A DNA stretch of 64,000 nucleotides from Candidatus Spongiisociaceae bacterium (GTDB taxonomy: Bacteria; Actinomycetota; Acidimicrobiia; Spongiisociales; Spongiisociaceae), in contig OZ241841.1 in NCBI GenBank assembly GCA_965202665.1, positions 1,024,001 through 1,088,000 of the forward strand, given 5' to 3'. Below the pieces are notes generated by a model that saw only the letters and a list, made by a program, of their open reading frames with translations, did no database searches and was not told the origin of the DNA. The translations under genes and the position numbers were made by a program. This document shows, piece after piece, positions 10,701 through 18,863 of the stretch (the first letter of the stretch is position 1; every line of letters begins with the position of its first letter).

Positions 10701-11803
10701 GCATCCAAATCAGCCTCTCCGCAAACAGCTTGGCCGAAACTACCAGCGCTACCGCTACCATCGTCACCCGCTTACCCGCCGGGTCCGACACGCTCCCCAC
10801 CGACACCGCCGTCGCTTTCACCCTCAGCGGAAACGCCATCCGCAACTCCGACTATCGAATAAACAGCCTGACCGCCGTCATCCCCGCCGGGCAAACCCAA
10901 GCCCCCAACCTCACCATAACCATCATCAACGACAACACCCCAGAACAAGCTGAACGAATCGTCCTCACCGCCACCACCCCAGCCGGATTAACCCCCAACC
11001 CCACCACCCTCACCCTCACCATCCCCGCCAACGACGCCCAGCCCCCCGCCCCACCCCCCGCTCCCAGCGGAGGAAACCCGCCCGCCGGAGGCGGCGGAGG
11101 AGGAGGAGGTGGCGGCGGAGGAGGAGGAGGCGGGGGAGGAGGAGGCGGCGCCCCAGCCCCACCGCCTCCAGCCGCCCCGCCCGCCGCGCCCCCACCCGCC
11201 CCCGCGCCTCCCCCCGAACCGGCATGCCAAGGACGATTCTGCGACGAGGACGGCAGCGTCCATGAAGCCAACATCGAACGGATAGCCGGATGGAGAATCA
11301 CCCTCGGCTGCGACGCCACCGACTCCACCAAATACTGCCCCGGAGCCCAAATCACCCGCAGGCAAATGGCCGCCTTCCTCCACCGCGCCGTCAGCCAACG
11401 CTGGACCATCCAAAACCCCCAAAACATAGAAATCAACGATGTTCCAGCCGATGCCTGGTATCGCACCTACGCCGAATGGGGCGTCTCCGTAAACGCCTTC
11501 GAACTCACCGACGGAAACTTCAACCCCGGCGGAGTGGTAACCCGGGCTGACATGGCCATCATGATGATCGCCGCCTTCCCCCACCTCCAATCCGTGGAAG
11601 AACCCCAAAACCTCTTCCAAGACGCAACAGGACTGGACCCGACGATAATACGGGCCATCGAAGGAATGTACGGCAGAAGCGTAACCAGAGGCTGCACCAC
11701 CACCCCCCTCAACTACTGCCCGAACAAACCGGTAACCAGAGCGCAGATGGCCTCCTTCTTCGTCCGCGCCGTCAACCTCGCCCCAGCCGCCACCGGCTCA
11801 TAA
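4724..11803 (+). CDS. Giant secreted Calx-beta/Ig-like repeat surface protein with SLH domains (paralog of upstream gene)
   Basis: GGAGG RBS at 4712-4716; signal peptide MRRLGLLALATGMVLSVLPVAPAEVGA; same repeats, P/G linker and SLH motifs as the upstream gene. Confidence 0.9.
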   Translation: MRRLGLLALATGMVLSVLPVAPAEVGAQTTVTLSWVDPSGNAVTSVGEDIGSRILRLKASVTSAPSSDLRVLLDSTPGGTASGTTWRDARTFEDRNLGRPPRIVCNGADYCVNVPYSVTISAGTTTGTSSNTTFYLKSDRITEDHETILISGTFAGYTVTDATLRITDQDRAIKVDVASDYLVLRERGEGESNNRNYGHIYWDSPNAIVGGVTNGVFTASTSSTYNARLSGMRLRFDSGTATVSNWDNSASYDVYHQHGPADDVMNAAINARSISGAVAGDTPGIRLALGIIADRKVEMDEIFYLKVDVPQGWTQFRTPITVKDANRRMGLTVDTDSEAMGDQDVLTEGDPGSGVSVSASFWNATQSQVSSATTVTLSATAQTPAGAGKATSADFTYAPSTANTISFPAGSATASGTATLAGLTVTDDMVVEGPETFYVGGSSALGTARGSVLTIYDDDADIELEVSPSSVEEQATAQRVTVTARFKGSSSVLTSATDVAVTVAGSGGASLGCPANTNDACTSLTNNQMTVSIPAGATSGSDTFMVTVPDDSTSETGEKLTVSGAASVGGTAVLVESADLPIIDAGTRVDLSLHEATAGEAALAGIAEDGGARTVRVKATARAAVTSDTTISVNVGATGGTATLGTCSGSGQSRSCASGDYDRGSETVDVTIASGETSGTADVTITPLLDTVAEGEETVRFTGSASGFAVFPVDLKITEEITLTLSQSSVGEGATNAGAASVTAAFAGATTSELSGATVVTLSFGAGENAEAQDFTAPGTALTLSIPASSTSSSATALTGLLITGDAIAEGEEKIDVGGTAEGFGVSGTELAITDDDMGVTLTVDTDSASGVQRNLSEGEAAAVRVRAAFTSATSNGLGSALQISVTAGASSPASATGGGVDFTAPGTAVVLSIPTGSTSLQSSWADLTGLSVADDTVAEGSETFLVTGTATGGATVASDTITIVDDDVDVTLSASPAEVVEQAAAHQITVTARFQGATSVLSAATPVTVTVAPADTNWAGVQTAACPISSSADVCTDQTNNQFTISIPAGDVNASGSFQLQARVDGDNTEDIEYLKLTGATSIGSVAPAQMGVYDPDRQITLSFHQASSGDPALSGITEDGGAQTVRVKATLGGNAASATTVTVNVGAAGGTATLGSTGDYTRGSATATITINSNQADGTADVVLTPRNDGTAEGAETVRFTASATGYLPDSADLSITEAIQLTVSRSSVGEGAGNAGAASVTASFAGASSSSLTQPTDVTLTFGAGEDAEAADFTAPGAALTVSIPAGSTTSSATALTGLLITGDAIAEGAEKIDIGGTAGGFRVSGTELGIADDDLGVTVEADTDSVMNGEQKNLSEGTTPAVRVRAKFTTATSNDLGSALQVRVAAGVSSPQSAVGGGTDFTAPATPVTVSIPTGPNSVESAWANLTGLAVTDDAVTEPAETFAITGTVSGRSDVTITSDTLTIGASDTALEVAASPGTVHESGSAHTIRVTAGFAGATSSALSAGTAVTVAVAAGDTDGATVAASCSQSMTEDVCTDQTGNSFTVTIPAGQTSHTGTFHLTARDDNAAEGVEKVKISGSATVAGESESDSDTINVVDSGITLSLTNASNNNAVSALSESSASTTIRVTATLPAGTTVPSGGVVVGLNIAGTATADSDNVWTEEEDYRISLPPKPASTPDGYATGVTIAQGETSGAADITITVNDDNVDEPDKTITVNGSTVTISSVVYHTVAAALTISDNDDPPANIDLALHRDDEGDIGAALTQVPEGGEDVVWVRASFQGTVTRSAATSVPIVVGKAAGESTPGTDYQTVSAFNVVIDPYQTSGTGTFTLKTDGTYDDENLEGNETLTVAGGTLAGFTIGQDTLTIIDDETITLTLTPDEVNEGDAVAAATLRAAYPGAALTTSQTINLALGGDAVAGTDYTAPTLTTLEIPANQNSATLPTFALQTTEDNIAEGDEILQITGTVAGYAVTPAAFTIKDDDNPPTSIQISLSANSLAETTSATATIVTRLPAGSDTLPTDTAVAFTLSGNAIRNSDYRINSLTAVIPAGQTQAPNLTITIINDNTPEQAERIVLTATTPAGLTPNPTTLTLTIPANDAQPPAPPPAPSGGNPPAGGGGGGGGGGGGGGGGGGGGGAPAPPPPAAPPAAPPPAPAPPPEPACQGRFCDEDGSVHEANIERIAGWRITLGCDATDSTKYCPGAQITRRQMAAFLHRAVSQRWTIQNPQNIEINDVPADAWYRTYAEWGVSVNAFELTDGNFNPGGVVTRADMAIMMIAAFPHLQSVEEPQNLFQDATGLDPTIIRAIEGMYGRSVTRGCTTTPLNYCPNKPVTRAQMASFFVRAVNLAPAATGS

Positions 11804-11836
11804 CCCCCCCCAATCCGAAGAGCCACAAAAGCCTCC

Positions 11837-11994
11837 ACCGACCAAGTCACCGACCAAGTAAGTCCCCAAAACCGTACAAGTCACCGACCAAGTCAACCCC
11901 CAAACCGACCAAGTCACTGACCAAGTAAGTCCCCAAAACCGTACAAGTCACCGTACAAGTCACCGACCAAGTAAGTCCCCAAACCGACCAAGTC
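11837..11994 (+). repeat. Degenerate 12-bp tandem repeat ACCGACCAAGTC (TDQV-coding)
   Basis: About ten ACCGACCAAGT[CA]/ACCGTACAAGTC units interspersed with AGTCCCCAAA linkers. Confidence 0.9.
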
Positions 11995-12213
11995 ACGGAG
12001 TTACTGGCCGCTATTGCCGAAGAAGCAACGAGCGAGCAGCTGCGAAAAACCCTGAACCTCAAGCATAAAGGCCATTTTCGGACTTTCTGCCTGTTGCCCG
12101 CCTTGAAATCCGGCCTGATCGAAATGACCATCCCGGAAAAACCGCAAAGCAGCAAGCAACGCTACCGCCTAACGCCAAAAGGCCAGGATTCCCTTCAACA
12201 GACACGGGAATAA
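11837..12213 (+). pseudogene. Start-less remnant of a Fic-like C-terminal winged-helix domain
   Basis: Translates as TDQVTELLAAIAEE..HFRTFCLLPALKSGLIEMTIPEKPQSSKQRYRLTPKG..*, the typical tail of Fic/RecG-like ATP-binding proteins; no start codon, repeats shift frame. Confidence 0.75.
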
Positions 12214-12361
12214 CTCTTATCTGAAGATCCCATCAGCCGAGGCTGGATGAACAGCAACGACCGCCGCCCACCCGAAAACAATCTATGACCTGGGGGTTTC
12301 GCCTCCCGCGCTCCTATGGGGATTCTTCCGCCGGCGTATCGTTGCCGGGAACACCCTCCGG

Positions 12362-13072
12362 TTAGGCGGCGGTTAGGCGGTCCAAGCGGGACACATCCAC
12401 TTTCACTCCCGGACCCATCGTGGAAGACAGGGACAGGTTGCGGACATAGGACCCTTTGGCGGAAGCCGGTTTGGCCCGCACGATCTCCGACGCCAAAGCG
12501 GACAGGTTGGCGAACAGGGCCGGCGTCTCAAAGGAGGCCTTGCCGATGGGGGCGGCCACGTTACCCAACCGGTCGTTGCGGTATTCGATCTTGCCCGCTT
12601 TGAACTCTTCCACCACCCGCCCCACATCCATGGTGACGGTTCCGGCCTTCGGGTTGGGCATCAGTCCGCGGGGCCCCAAAATCTTGCCCAACTTGCCCAC
12701 TTTGGGCATCATGTCGGGAGTGGCGATCGCCACATCGAAAGCCAACTCCCCTCCGGCGGCGATGGACTCCGCCAACTCTTCGCCTCCCACCACCTCCGCC
12801 CCGGCCTGTTCGGCTTCGGCCTGGCGGTCGCCGGAGGCGAACACCGCCACCCGCACCTCCTTGCCGGTGCCGTGCGGGAGGCTGACCGTGCCCCGCACCA
12901 ACTGGTCGGCTTTGCGGGGGTCGATCCCCAACCGGAAAGCGGCTTCCACCGTCTCGTCGAAACCGGCGGTGGCCATCTGTTTGACCATCTCCACCGCTTC
13001 CTCCGGCTGATAAACGGCGTGCTTGTCGTATCCGGCCGCCGCCGCGTCGTAACGTTTACCCGAACGGGCCAT
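12362..13072 (-). CDS. rplA: 50S ribosomal protein L1
   Basis: [44 protein letters not shown]. Confidence 0.98.
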   Translation of the reverse strand: MARSGKRYDAAAAGYDKHAVYQPEEAVEMVKQMATAGFDETVEAAFRLGIDPRKADQLVRGTVSLPHGTGKEVRVAVFASGDRQAEAEQAGAEVVGGEELAESIAAGGELAFDVAIATPDMMPKVGKLGKILGPRGLMPNPKAGTVTMDVGRVVEEFKAGKIEYRNDRLGNVAAPIGKASFETPALFANLSALASEIVRAKPASAKGSYVRNLSLSSTMGPGVKVDVSRLDRLTAA

Positions 13073-13131
13073 TGGTTTCCTCCCTTGGTTCCGGCGAACC
13101 GCCGTCCGGCGGCTCTCCCAACTGGCTAACC

Positions 13132-13560
13132 CTAATTTTCCACTTCTATGCCCATGGAACGGGCGGTTCCGGCCACGATCTTCATAGCCGACTCCACATC
13201 GTTGGTGTTCAGATCGGGCAGTTTCGTTTCGGCGATGCGCCGCAACTGCTCCCGGGTGACCGAAGCCACTTTTTCCGTATGCGGCTCGGCGGAACCTTTT
13301 TCCACCCGGGCCGCCTGGCGCAACAGCACCGCCGCCGGGGGGGTTTTGGTGATGAAAGTAAAAGAGTTGTCGCCGTAGATGGTGATCTCGGCGGGAACGA
13401 TGGTGCCCGCCTGGCTCTGGGTGGCGTCGTTGTAGGCCTTGACGAACTCCATGATGTTCACCCCGTACTGGCCCAAAGCGGGACCCACCGGAGGGGCCGG
13501 GCTGGCCTCCCCGGCCGGAATCTGCAATTTTAGGATGGCGGTTACCGTTTTTCTGCCCAT
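13132..13560 (-). CDS. rplK: 50S ribosomal protein L11
   Basis: [27 protein letters not shown]. Confidence 0.98.
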   Translation of the reverse strand: MGRKTVTAILKLQIPAGEASPAPPVGPALGQYGVNIMEFVKAYNDATQSQAGTIVPAEITIYGDNSFTFITKTPPAAVLLRQAARVEKGSAEPHTEKVASVTREQLRRIAETKLPDLNTNDVESAMKIVAGTARSMGIEVEN

Positions 13561-13570
13561 AGGTCCGTCC

Positions 13571-14530
13571 TCACTGCTTCTGGATGTCCTCGAAACCCAA
13601 TTCGGTGGGTGTGTCCCGGCCGAAGATCTCCACCAAGACGGTCACTTTCTGCTGGTCCACGTTTATGTCCTCCACGATCCCGTTGAAGTCGGCGAACGGG
13701 CCGCCCACCACCCGCACCGTCTCCCCGATTTCCCAGGCGGGCTTGAACCGGGGGGCCTTTTTGGAAGACTCTTTTTTGAGTCCCAGAAACCGTTCCACTT
13801 CCCGCCGGGAAAGGGGTACCGGCTTGGTTCCGCTGCCCACGAAAGCGGTCACCCCCGGCGTGTTGCGCACCGTCAGCCAAGAATCATCGTCCAAATACAT
13901 ACGCACCAGGAGATACCCGGGGAACATTTTGCGTTCCACCTCTTCTTTGCGCCCCGCTTTGATTTCCACCACTTTCTCGGTGGGGATGACCACATCGAAA
14001 ATGCGCTCCTCCATATGCATGGATGAGGTGCGGGTGACCAGGTTGGATTTCACCTTCTTCTCTTGGCCCGAATAGGAGTTGATCACGTACCAGTCGCCGG
14101 GCAGATCGTAGGGGCTGGGCGGCTCCTCTTCTTCTACGATGGGTTCGAGGAGCGGTTCGGGCTCCGGTTCGGCGGCCGCCGCCGGCTGGGCCATGTCCGG
14201 TTCGTCCTCATCCGCCGGGGGTTCGGCTTCCATCTCGGCGAACGACTCTTCCGCTTCCATCTTTTCGGCTTCGGAGGCCAAACCCCACGGGTCGGGATCT
14301 TCGTCCGGCGGGGGGTCGCGCCGGACGGCCCACTCCGGCAGTTCGTCGGCGGGCGGCCCCTCCTCGGCGGGGGCTTCCTCCGCCGCTTCTTCCTCTTCCG
14401 GGGGTTCGGGGGGCGGCGGGACCATCGTGCCGTCCGCTCCGAACCCGGCCTGCAGGAAAGCGGCCCCCAGAGTGCCGACCCCGGCTTCCTCCGGCCCGGC
14501 TTCAGTTTCGGGGGGGGTCTGTTCCGACAT
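13571..14530 (-). CDS. nusG: Transcription termination/antitermination factor NusG with long acidic N-terminal extension
   Basis: [39 protein letters not shown] motif GPFADFNG; start set at the ATG just after secE. Confidence 0.95.
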   Translation of the reverse strand: MSEQTPPETEAGPEEAGVGTLGAAFLQAGFGADGTMVPPPPEPPEEEEAAEEAPAEEGPPADELPEWAVRRDPPPDEDPDPWGLASEAEKMEAEESFAEMEAEPPADEDEPDMAQPAAAAEPEPEPLLEPIVEEEEPPSPYDLPGDWYVINSYSGQEKKVKSNLVTRTSSMHMEERIFDVVIPTEKVVEIKAGRKEEVERKMFPGYLLVRMYLDDDSWLTVRNTPGVTAFVGSGTKPVPLSRREVERFLGLKKESSKKAPRFKPAWEIGETVRVVGGPFADFNGIVEDINVDQQKVTVLVEIFGRDTPTELGFEDIQKQ

Positions 14531-14532
14531 CG

Positions 14533-14850
14533 TCACCCCGTCAACGACCGTATAAAGCTGATCACCAAGCGGCCGAAGGCGATGTCCAACACCAGCACGA
14601 ACCCGGTCAGGACGGCGGAGGTGATCAAAGTGACGGTGGTGAAAGCCACCATCTGTTTGCGGCTCGGCCAAGCCACCCGCATCAGTTCCACCCGCACCTC
14701 GCGCAGGAAACCGAGCAAACGGGCGAAAATGTTCCGCTTCTCGCCGGAGGTTCCCCCGGACGGGGCCATCGGCGACCGGCGGCCGCGCTCGTCCCGGCCG
14801 CCTTTGCGGCGTTCTTCTCGCTCAGCGAGTCTTCGCATCTCGCGGTTCAT
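14533..14850 (-). CDS. secE: Preprotein translocase subunit SecE
   Basis: FLREVRVELMRVAWPSRKQM plus TM helix; between tRNA-Trp and nusG. Confidence 0.95.
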   Translation of the reverse strand: MNREMRRLAEREERRKGGRDERGRRSPMAPSGGTSGEKRNIFARLLGFLREVRVELMRVAWPSRKQMVAFTTVTLITSAVLTGFVLVLDIAFGRLVISFIRSLTG

Positions 14851-14884
14851 TTGTTCTTGTTCTTCCTATCGAGTTTTTTCGGGG

Positions 14885-14960
14885 CAGGGGCGGAGGGACT
14901 CGAACCCCCAACCTCCGGTTTTGGAGACCGGCGCTCTAACCAACTTCGAGCTACGCCCCT
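14885..14960 (-). tRNA. tRNA-Trp (CCA)
   Basis: AGGGGCGTAGCTC..CCGGTCTCCAAAACCGG..GGTTCGAGTCC..GCCCCTG cloverleaf. Confidence 0.96.
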
Positions 14961-15063
14961 CGGCCAAATCCTGATTATAGCCTAAAGGCCGCCCCTATGT
15001 CTAAACCGGCCCGCGGGCCGGGGCCGAAACAGGGGGCCTCCGGGATGACGGCCGTAGCGTAAA

Positions 15064-15468
15064 TCAGCCGGCCGCCTGGGCCCGGGCCTTCAAACCGGCC
15101 AGGGCGGCGGCCACCGCGGCCGCGGCCACCATGGACACGGTGGAGGCCACCACCGCCGCCCGTCCCCGGCGGGACGGGGGTTCGGAGGCGGGGGACAGGC
15201 CGCTCACCGGCCGAAACCCGGCGGTCTCCAAGGCGGGCGGCAACGGCTCCATCGCTTTCCGCAACGACCGCAGGCCGCCCAGAATCCGCCGTTGCCGGCT
15301 GGCGGCCGCCTGGCAGGTCAAACAAGAACCGAAATGGCGGCGCAACGGGGCGGGCAGTACCCGCTCCCCCGCCTCCACCGGATAGAGGAGGGGGGACACC
15401 AGGGCGCATTTGCCGCGGCGCATCACGTTTCGGCCGGAACGGGCGCGGGGGGAGCGGGCGCCGGTCAT
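15064..15468 (-). CDS. Putative zinc-binding anti-sigma factor
   Basis: HFGSCLTC (HxxxCxxC), C-terminal hydrophobic helix, ATGA overlap with the sigma stop codon. Confidence 0.7.
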   Translation of the reverse strand: MTGARSPRARSGRNVMRRGKCALVSPLLYPVEAGERVLPAPLRRHFGSCLTCQAAASRQRRILGGLRSLRKAMEPLPPALETAGFRPVSGLSPASEPPSRRGRAAVVASTVSMVAAAAVAAALAGLKARAQAAG

Positions 15469-16034
15469 CGTAACATTTCCCGCAGTTTGAGATGGGCGCG
15501 ATGCAATCGCACTTTGGCCGCCGTCACCGAAATGGACAGGGCTTCGGCTATCTCCTTGTGCGACCATCCGTAAACGTCTTTCAGAATCACGATGCTCCGC
15601 TGGGCTTTGGGCAACCGGTCCAAGGCCCGGTCCAAACGGGCCCGCAACTCGGCCCGTTCCCCGGCCGTCTCCGGGTCATGGCGGCGGTCGGAGCGCAACC
15701 GGTGGCCGACCGCTTCCAAATCCACCCCGGCGTGGCGGGCGGCCCGTCCTTTCCAAGTCCAGGCGGCGTTGGCGGTTATCCGGTACAGCCAAGTCCCGAA
15801 GGCCGCCTCCCCCCGGAAACGTCCGATGGAACGCCAGGCGCGCACCATCGCCTCCTGGGCGATGTCCGCCGCCAAAGTGGGGTCGCCCGTCAAACGAACC
15901 GCCAACGTGTAAACCTCCGGTTGATGAATTCGCACCAGCTCGCTGAAAGCCGCCTGGTCTCCCCGCCGGGCCCGTTCCACCAGCGGGCTGATATCGGGTT
16001 TGACCCGTTCTTCCGGCGCCTGGTTACCGGGCAC
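15465..16034 (-). CDS. ECF-type RNA polymerase sigma-70 factor
   Basis: GDQAAFSELV, FRGEAAFGTWLYRITAN, SHKEIAEALSISVTAAKVRLHRA. Confidence 0.92.
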   Translation of the reverse strand: MPGNQAPEERVKPDISPLVERARRGDQAAFSELVRIHQPEVYTLAVRLTGDPTLAADIAQEAMVRAWRSIGRFRGEAAFGTWLYRITANAAWTWKGRAARHAGVDLEAVGHRLRSDRRHDPETAGERAELRARLDRALDRLPKAQRSIVILKDVYGWSHKEIAEALSISVTAAKVRLHRAHLKLREMLR

Positions 16035-16046
16035 TCGCCGGCCGCC

Positions 16047-16916
16047 CTAGCCGTCCAGCCGCAGGCTGAGGGAGGCGGCCACGTTCTCCTCCGCGGAGGC
16101 CACTGTCGTTTTCACATCCGCCAGGCTATCGGATCGGCCGGTTACTTGGGCGGAAACCCGGGCTTGGACGTCGGGCGGGAGGGGATTCCGAAACCGGAAG
16201 CGGGCTTCGGCCAGCGGGTCGGGACGGCGGACGGAGGCGGTAGCCGGCTGCGCGGCCCACGCCGCCAACAGCAAGCCGTGGCAGATCACCCCTCCCACCC
16301 CCGACTCCACCGCCCGGCGATGATCCCAGTGCACCGGGTTGAAGTCGGCGGCGGCCGCCGCGTAGCGCACCAGGTCGGCCCGGCTGGCCGACTTGGGCAA
16401 CGGCGGGTAGGAGCCGCCGACAGCGGGAACCGGATGCGCGGCCGGCGGAGAGTTTTCCCGCCGGGCTTCGGGCGGCGGCGGCGGCCGTTCCGGGGCCTGG
16501 CCGCCGGGGGGGCGCTCCCCCGACATCAGAAACACCGAGGTGGAGGCGAGGAGCGGGCGGCCCCGGTCGTCTTCCGCCTCCATCGCGAAGGTAGCGAAAG
16601 CCACTCCCCCCCGTTCCCGGATGCGCTCCACCCGCCCCCGGGCGGCGACCCGGGAGTCGATGGGCCACGGAGCCGGCCAGCGGAAAATCTGCTCGCCGTG
16701 GATGAGCATTCTGGCCCCCTCCGCCGCTTGCGGATCGTTCAGGAAGGCGGGGGCGGCCGCGAACAGCACCGCGCCCGCATAGGAGGGCGGGGCGTATTCG
16801 TTCCAGCGGTCAGGTTGGTCGCCGACCGCTTGGACGTATTCGGCTACCTTTTCGGCCGCCAACCGGATGTGAAACGGGCCGTAGGAGCGGCCTTCCAGGG
16901 AGGAAAGGGAACTCAC
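16047..16916 (-). CDS. Fused double-hotdog MaoC-family dehydratase (HadA/HadB-like)
   Basis: LIHGEQIFRW in the N-half; RYAAAAADFNPVHWD..GVICHGLL in the C-half; follows rpmG as hadAB do in actinobacteria. Confidence 0.8.
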   Translation of the reverse strand: MSSLSSLEGRSYGPFHIRLAAEKVAEYVQAVGDQPDRWNEYAPPSYAGAVLFAAAPAFLNDPQAAEGARMLIHGEQIFRWPAPWPIDSRVAARGRVERIRERGGVAFATFAMEAEDDRGRPLLASTSVFLMSGERPPGGQAPERPPPPPEARRENSPPAAHPVPAVGGSYPPLPKSASRADLVRYAAAAADFNPVHWDHRRAVESGVGGVICHGLLLAAWAAQPATASVRRPDPLAEARFRFRNPLPPDVQARVSAQVTGRSDSLADVKTTVASAEENVAASLSLRLDG

Positions 16917-16962
16917 CGCCCCTCCCCCCGCCCGTCGGGCCCATCCGGCACGGGCGGCCCGC

Positions 16963-17142
16963 CTAACGGGTCTCGCGGTGCAGGGTGTGCCGCCGCAGGA
17001 ACGGGTTGTATTTTTTCAACTCCAGCCGGGCCTGCGTGTTGTTGCGGTTTTTGGTGGTGATGTACCGGGACGGCGGCTTGCCCTCCGCCTTGGCCTCGGT
17101 GCATTCCAAGGTGATTTTGATCCGGTTGCCTTTTTTAGCCAT
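16963..17142 (-). CDS. rpmG: 50S ribosomal protein L33 (not in ORF track)
   Basis: Manual translation [59 protein letters not shown]. Confidence 0.95.
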   Translation of the reverse strand: MAKKGNRIKITLECTEAKAEGKPPSRYITTKNRNNTQARLELKKYNPFLRRHTLHRETR

Positions 17143-17184
17143 TGCTGCGTCCCTTGTCTCGGTCTTGCCCGGTCGGCGGGGGCC

Positions 17185-18375
17185 TTACTTGTGGATTTGG
17201 GTGACGGTGCCCGCCCCCACCGTGCGGCCCCCCTCCCGGATGGCGAACCGCAAACCCTCGTCCATCGCAATAGGAGACCCCAACGTGACCGTCATCGTCG
17301 TGTTATCACCCGGCATCACCATCTCCACCCCCCCAGGCAACTCCACCTTCCCCGTCACATCCGTCGTCCTAAAATAAAACTGCGGCTGATAACCCGAGAA
17401 AAACGGATTATGCCTCCCCCCCTCCTCCTTCGTCAACACATACACCTGCGCCTCAAACACCGTATGCGGCGTAATCGACCCCGGAGCCGCCAACACCTGC
17501 CCCCGCTCCACCTCATCCTTCCCCACCCCCCGCAACAACACCCCCACATTATCCCCCGCCCTCCCCTCATCCAACAACTTACGAAACATCTCCACCCCCG
17601 TCGCCACCGACCTCCTCGTCTCCCTAATCCCCACCACCTCCACATCCCCCCCCACCCGCAACACCCCCGCCTCCACCTTCCCCGTCACCACCGTCCCCCG
17701 CCCCGTAATCGAAAACACATCCTCAATCGGCATCAAAAACGGCAAATCCACCGGCCGCTCCGGCACCGGCACAAACTCATCCACCGCCCCCAACAACTCC
17801 ATCACCCCATCCCCCGCCCCCACATCACCCTCCAACGCCCCCAACGCCGACACCCGCACCACCGGAGCCCCATCCCCATCAAACCCATACTCCCCCAACA
17901 ACTCCCGCACCTCCAACTCCACCAAATCCAACAACTCCCCATCATCCACCAAATCCACCTTATTCAACGCCACCACCACACACGGCACCCCCACCTGCCT
18001 CGCCAACAACACATGCTCCCTCGTCTGCGGCATCGGACCATCCGCCGCCGACACCACCAACACCGCCCCATCCACCTGCGCCGCCCCCGTAATCATATTC
18101 TTAATATAATCCGCATGCCCCGGCATATCCACATGCGCATAATGCCTACTCTCCGTCTCATACTCCACATGCGCAATCGAAATCGTAATCCCCCGCTCCC
18201 GCTCCTCCGGAGCCTTATCAATCTCATCAAACGCCGAAAAAACATTCACACCCCCCACCCGCTCCGCCAACACCCGCGTCACCGCCGCCGTCAACGTCGT
18301 CTTCCCATGATCAATATGACCCATCGTCCCCACATTCACATGCGGCTTCGAACGCTCAAACCTCGGCTTCCCCAT
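17185..18375 (-). CDS. tuf: Elongation factor Tu
   Basis: [36 protein letters not shown]. Confidence 0.99.
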   Translation of the reverse strand: MGKPRFERSKPHVNVGTMGHIDHGKTTLTAAVTRVLAERVGGVNVFSAFDEIDKAPEERERGITISIAHVEYETESRHYAHVDMPGHADYIKNMITGAAQVDGAVLVVSAADGPMPQTREHVLLARQVGVPCVVVALNKVDLVDDGELLDLVELEVRELLGEYGFDGDGAPVVRVSALGALEGDVGAGDGVMELLGAVDEFVPVPERPVDLPFLMPIEDVFSITGRGTVVTGKVEAGVLRVGGDVEVVGIRETRRSVATGVEMFRKLLDEGRAGDNVGVLLRGVGKDEVERGQVLAAPGSITPHTVFEAQVYVLTKEEGGRHNPFFSGYQPQFYFRTTDVTGKVELPGGVEMVMPGDNTTMTVTLGSPIAMDEGLRFAIREGGRTVGAGTVTQIHK

Positions 18376-18455
18376 GGCGTCTCTGTCTCCTTTGTCCGGT
18401 TTCGGATGTTTATCGGTCGGTTTCCCCGGCCGGGTTGTTCCCGCCGGGCTGATTG

Positions 18456-18529
18456 TAGCGGCGGGCAGACTTGAACTGCCGACCTCTCGATTATGAGTCG
18501 AGCGCTCTTACCGACTGAGCTACGCCGCC
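18456..18529 (-). tRNA. tRNA-Met (CAT), elongator-type
   Basis: GGCGGCGTAGCTCAG..CTCGACTCATAATCGAG..GTTCAAGTC..CGCCGCTA. Confidence 0.93.
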
Positions 18530-18556
18530 GCCGCCGACCGGTTTAGCCGGCCGTCG

Positions 18557-18630
18557 AGCCCCCTTCCGGATTCGAACCGGAGACCTCCTCCTTACCATGG
18601 AGGCGCTCTGGCCAACTGAGCTAAGGGGGC
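18557..18630 (-). tRNA. tRNA-Thr (GGT)
   Basis: GCCCCCTTAGCTCAG..CCTCCATGGTAAGGAGG..GGTTCGAATCC..GGGGGCT. Confidence 0.95.
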
Positions 18631-18706
18631 CCTGGTCTTGTCAGGATACCAGACCCTGGCCGGGTCCGGACCCGCCCCCCGGCCGGGGAGGCGGTTTCCC
18701 TTGTCG

Positions 18707-18788
18707 TGCCGGGAGAAGGATTCGAACCTCCGTAGGCGTAGCCGGCAGATTTACAGTCTGCTCCCTTTGGCCGCTCGGGCATCCCGGC
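18707..18788 (-). tRNA. tRNA-Tyr (GTA)
   Basis: GCCGGGATGCCCGAGCGGCCAAAGGG..GCAGACTGTAAATCTGC, long variable arm, GGTTCGAATCC. Confidence 0.96.
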
Positions 18789-18863
18789 TCCGAGCCCGCC
18801 CATATGGGGCGGATTGTGAATGCTAGCCGTTGCCGGCCCGGTTGAAAATCGGCGGGCCGGACA

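Noticed and set aside
1-11803. Diversity-generating retroelement (TR/VR pair)
   Set aside because: No reverse transcriptase, and paralog differences are not adenine-specific
11837-11994. CRISPR or iteron array
   Set aside because: Contiguous 12-bp units encoding TDQV, explained as a protein-coding repeat of a Fic-like tail
16978-18474. Long His/Pro-rich antisense ORF and similar shadow ORFs (e.g. 24338..26695, 45873..48164, 57652..59883)
   Set aside because: Antisense or off-frame shadows of real high-GC or skewed genes
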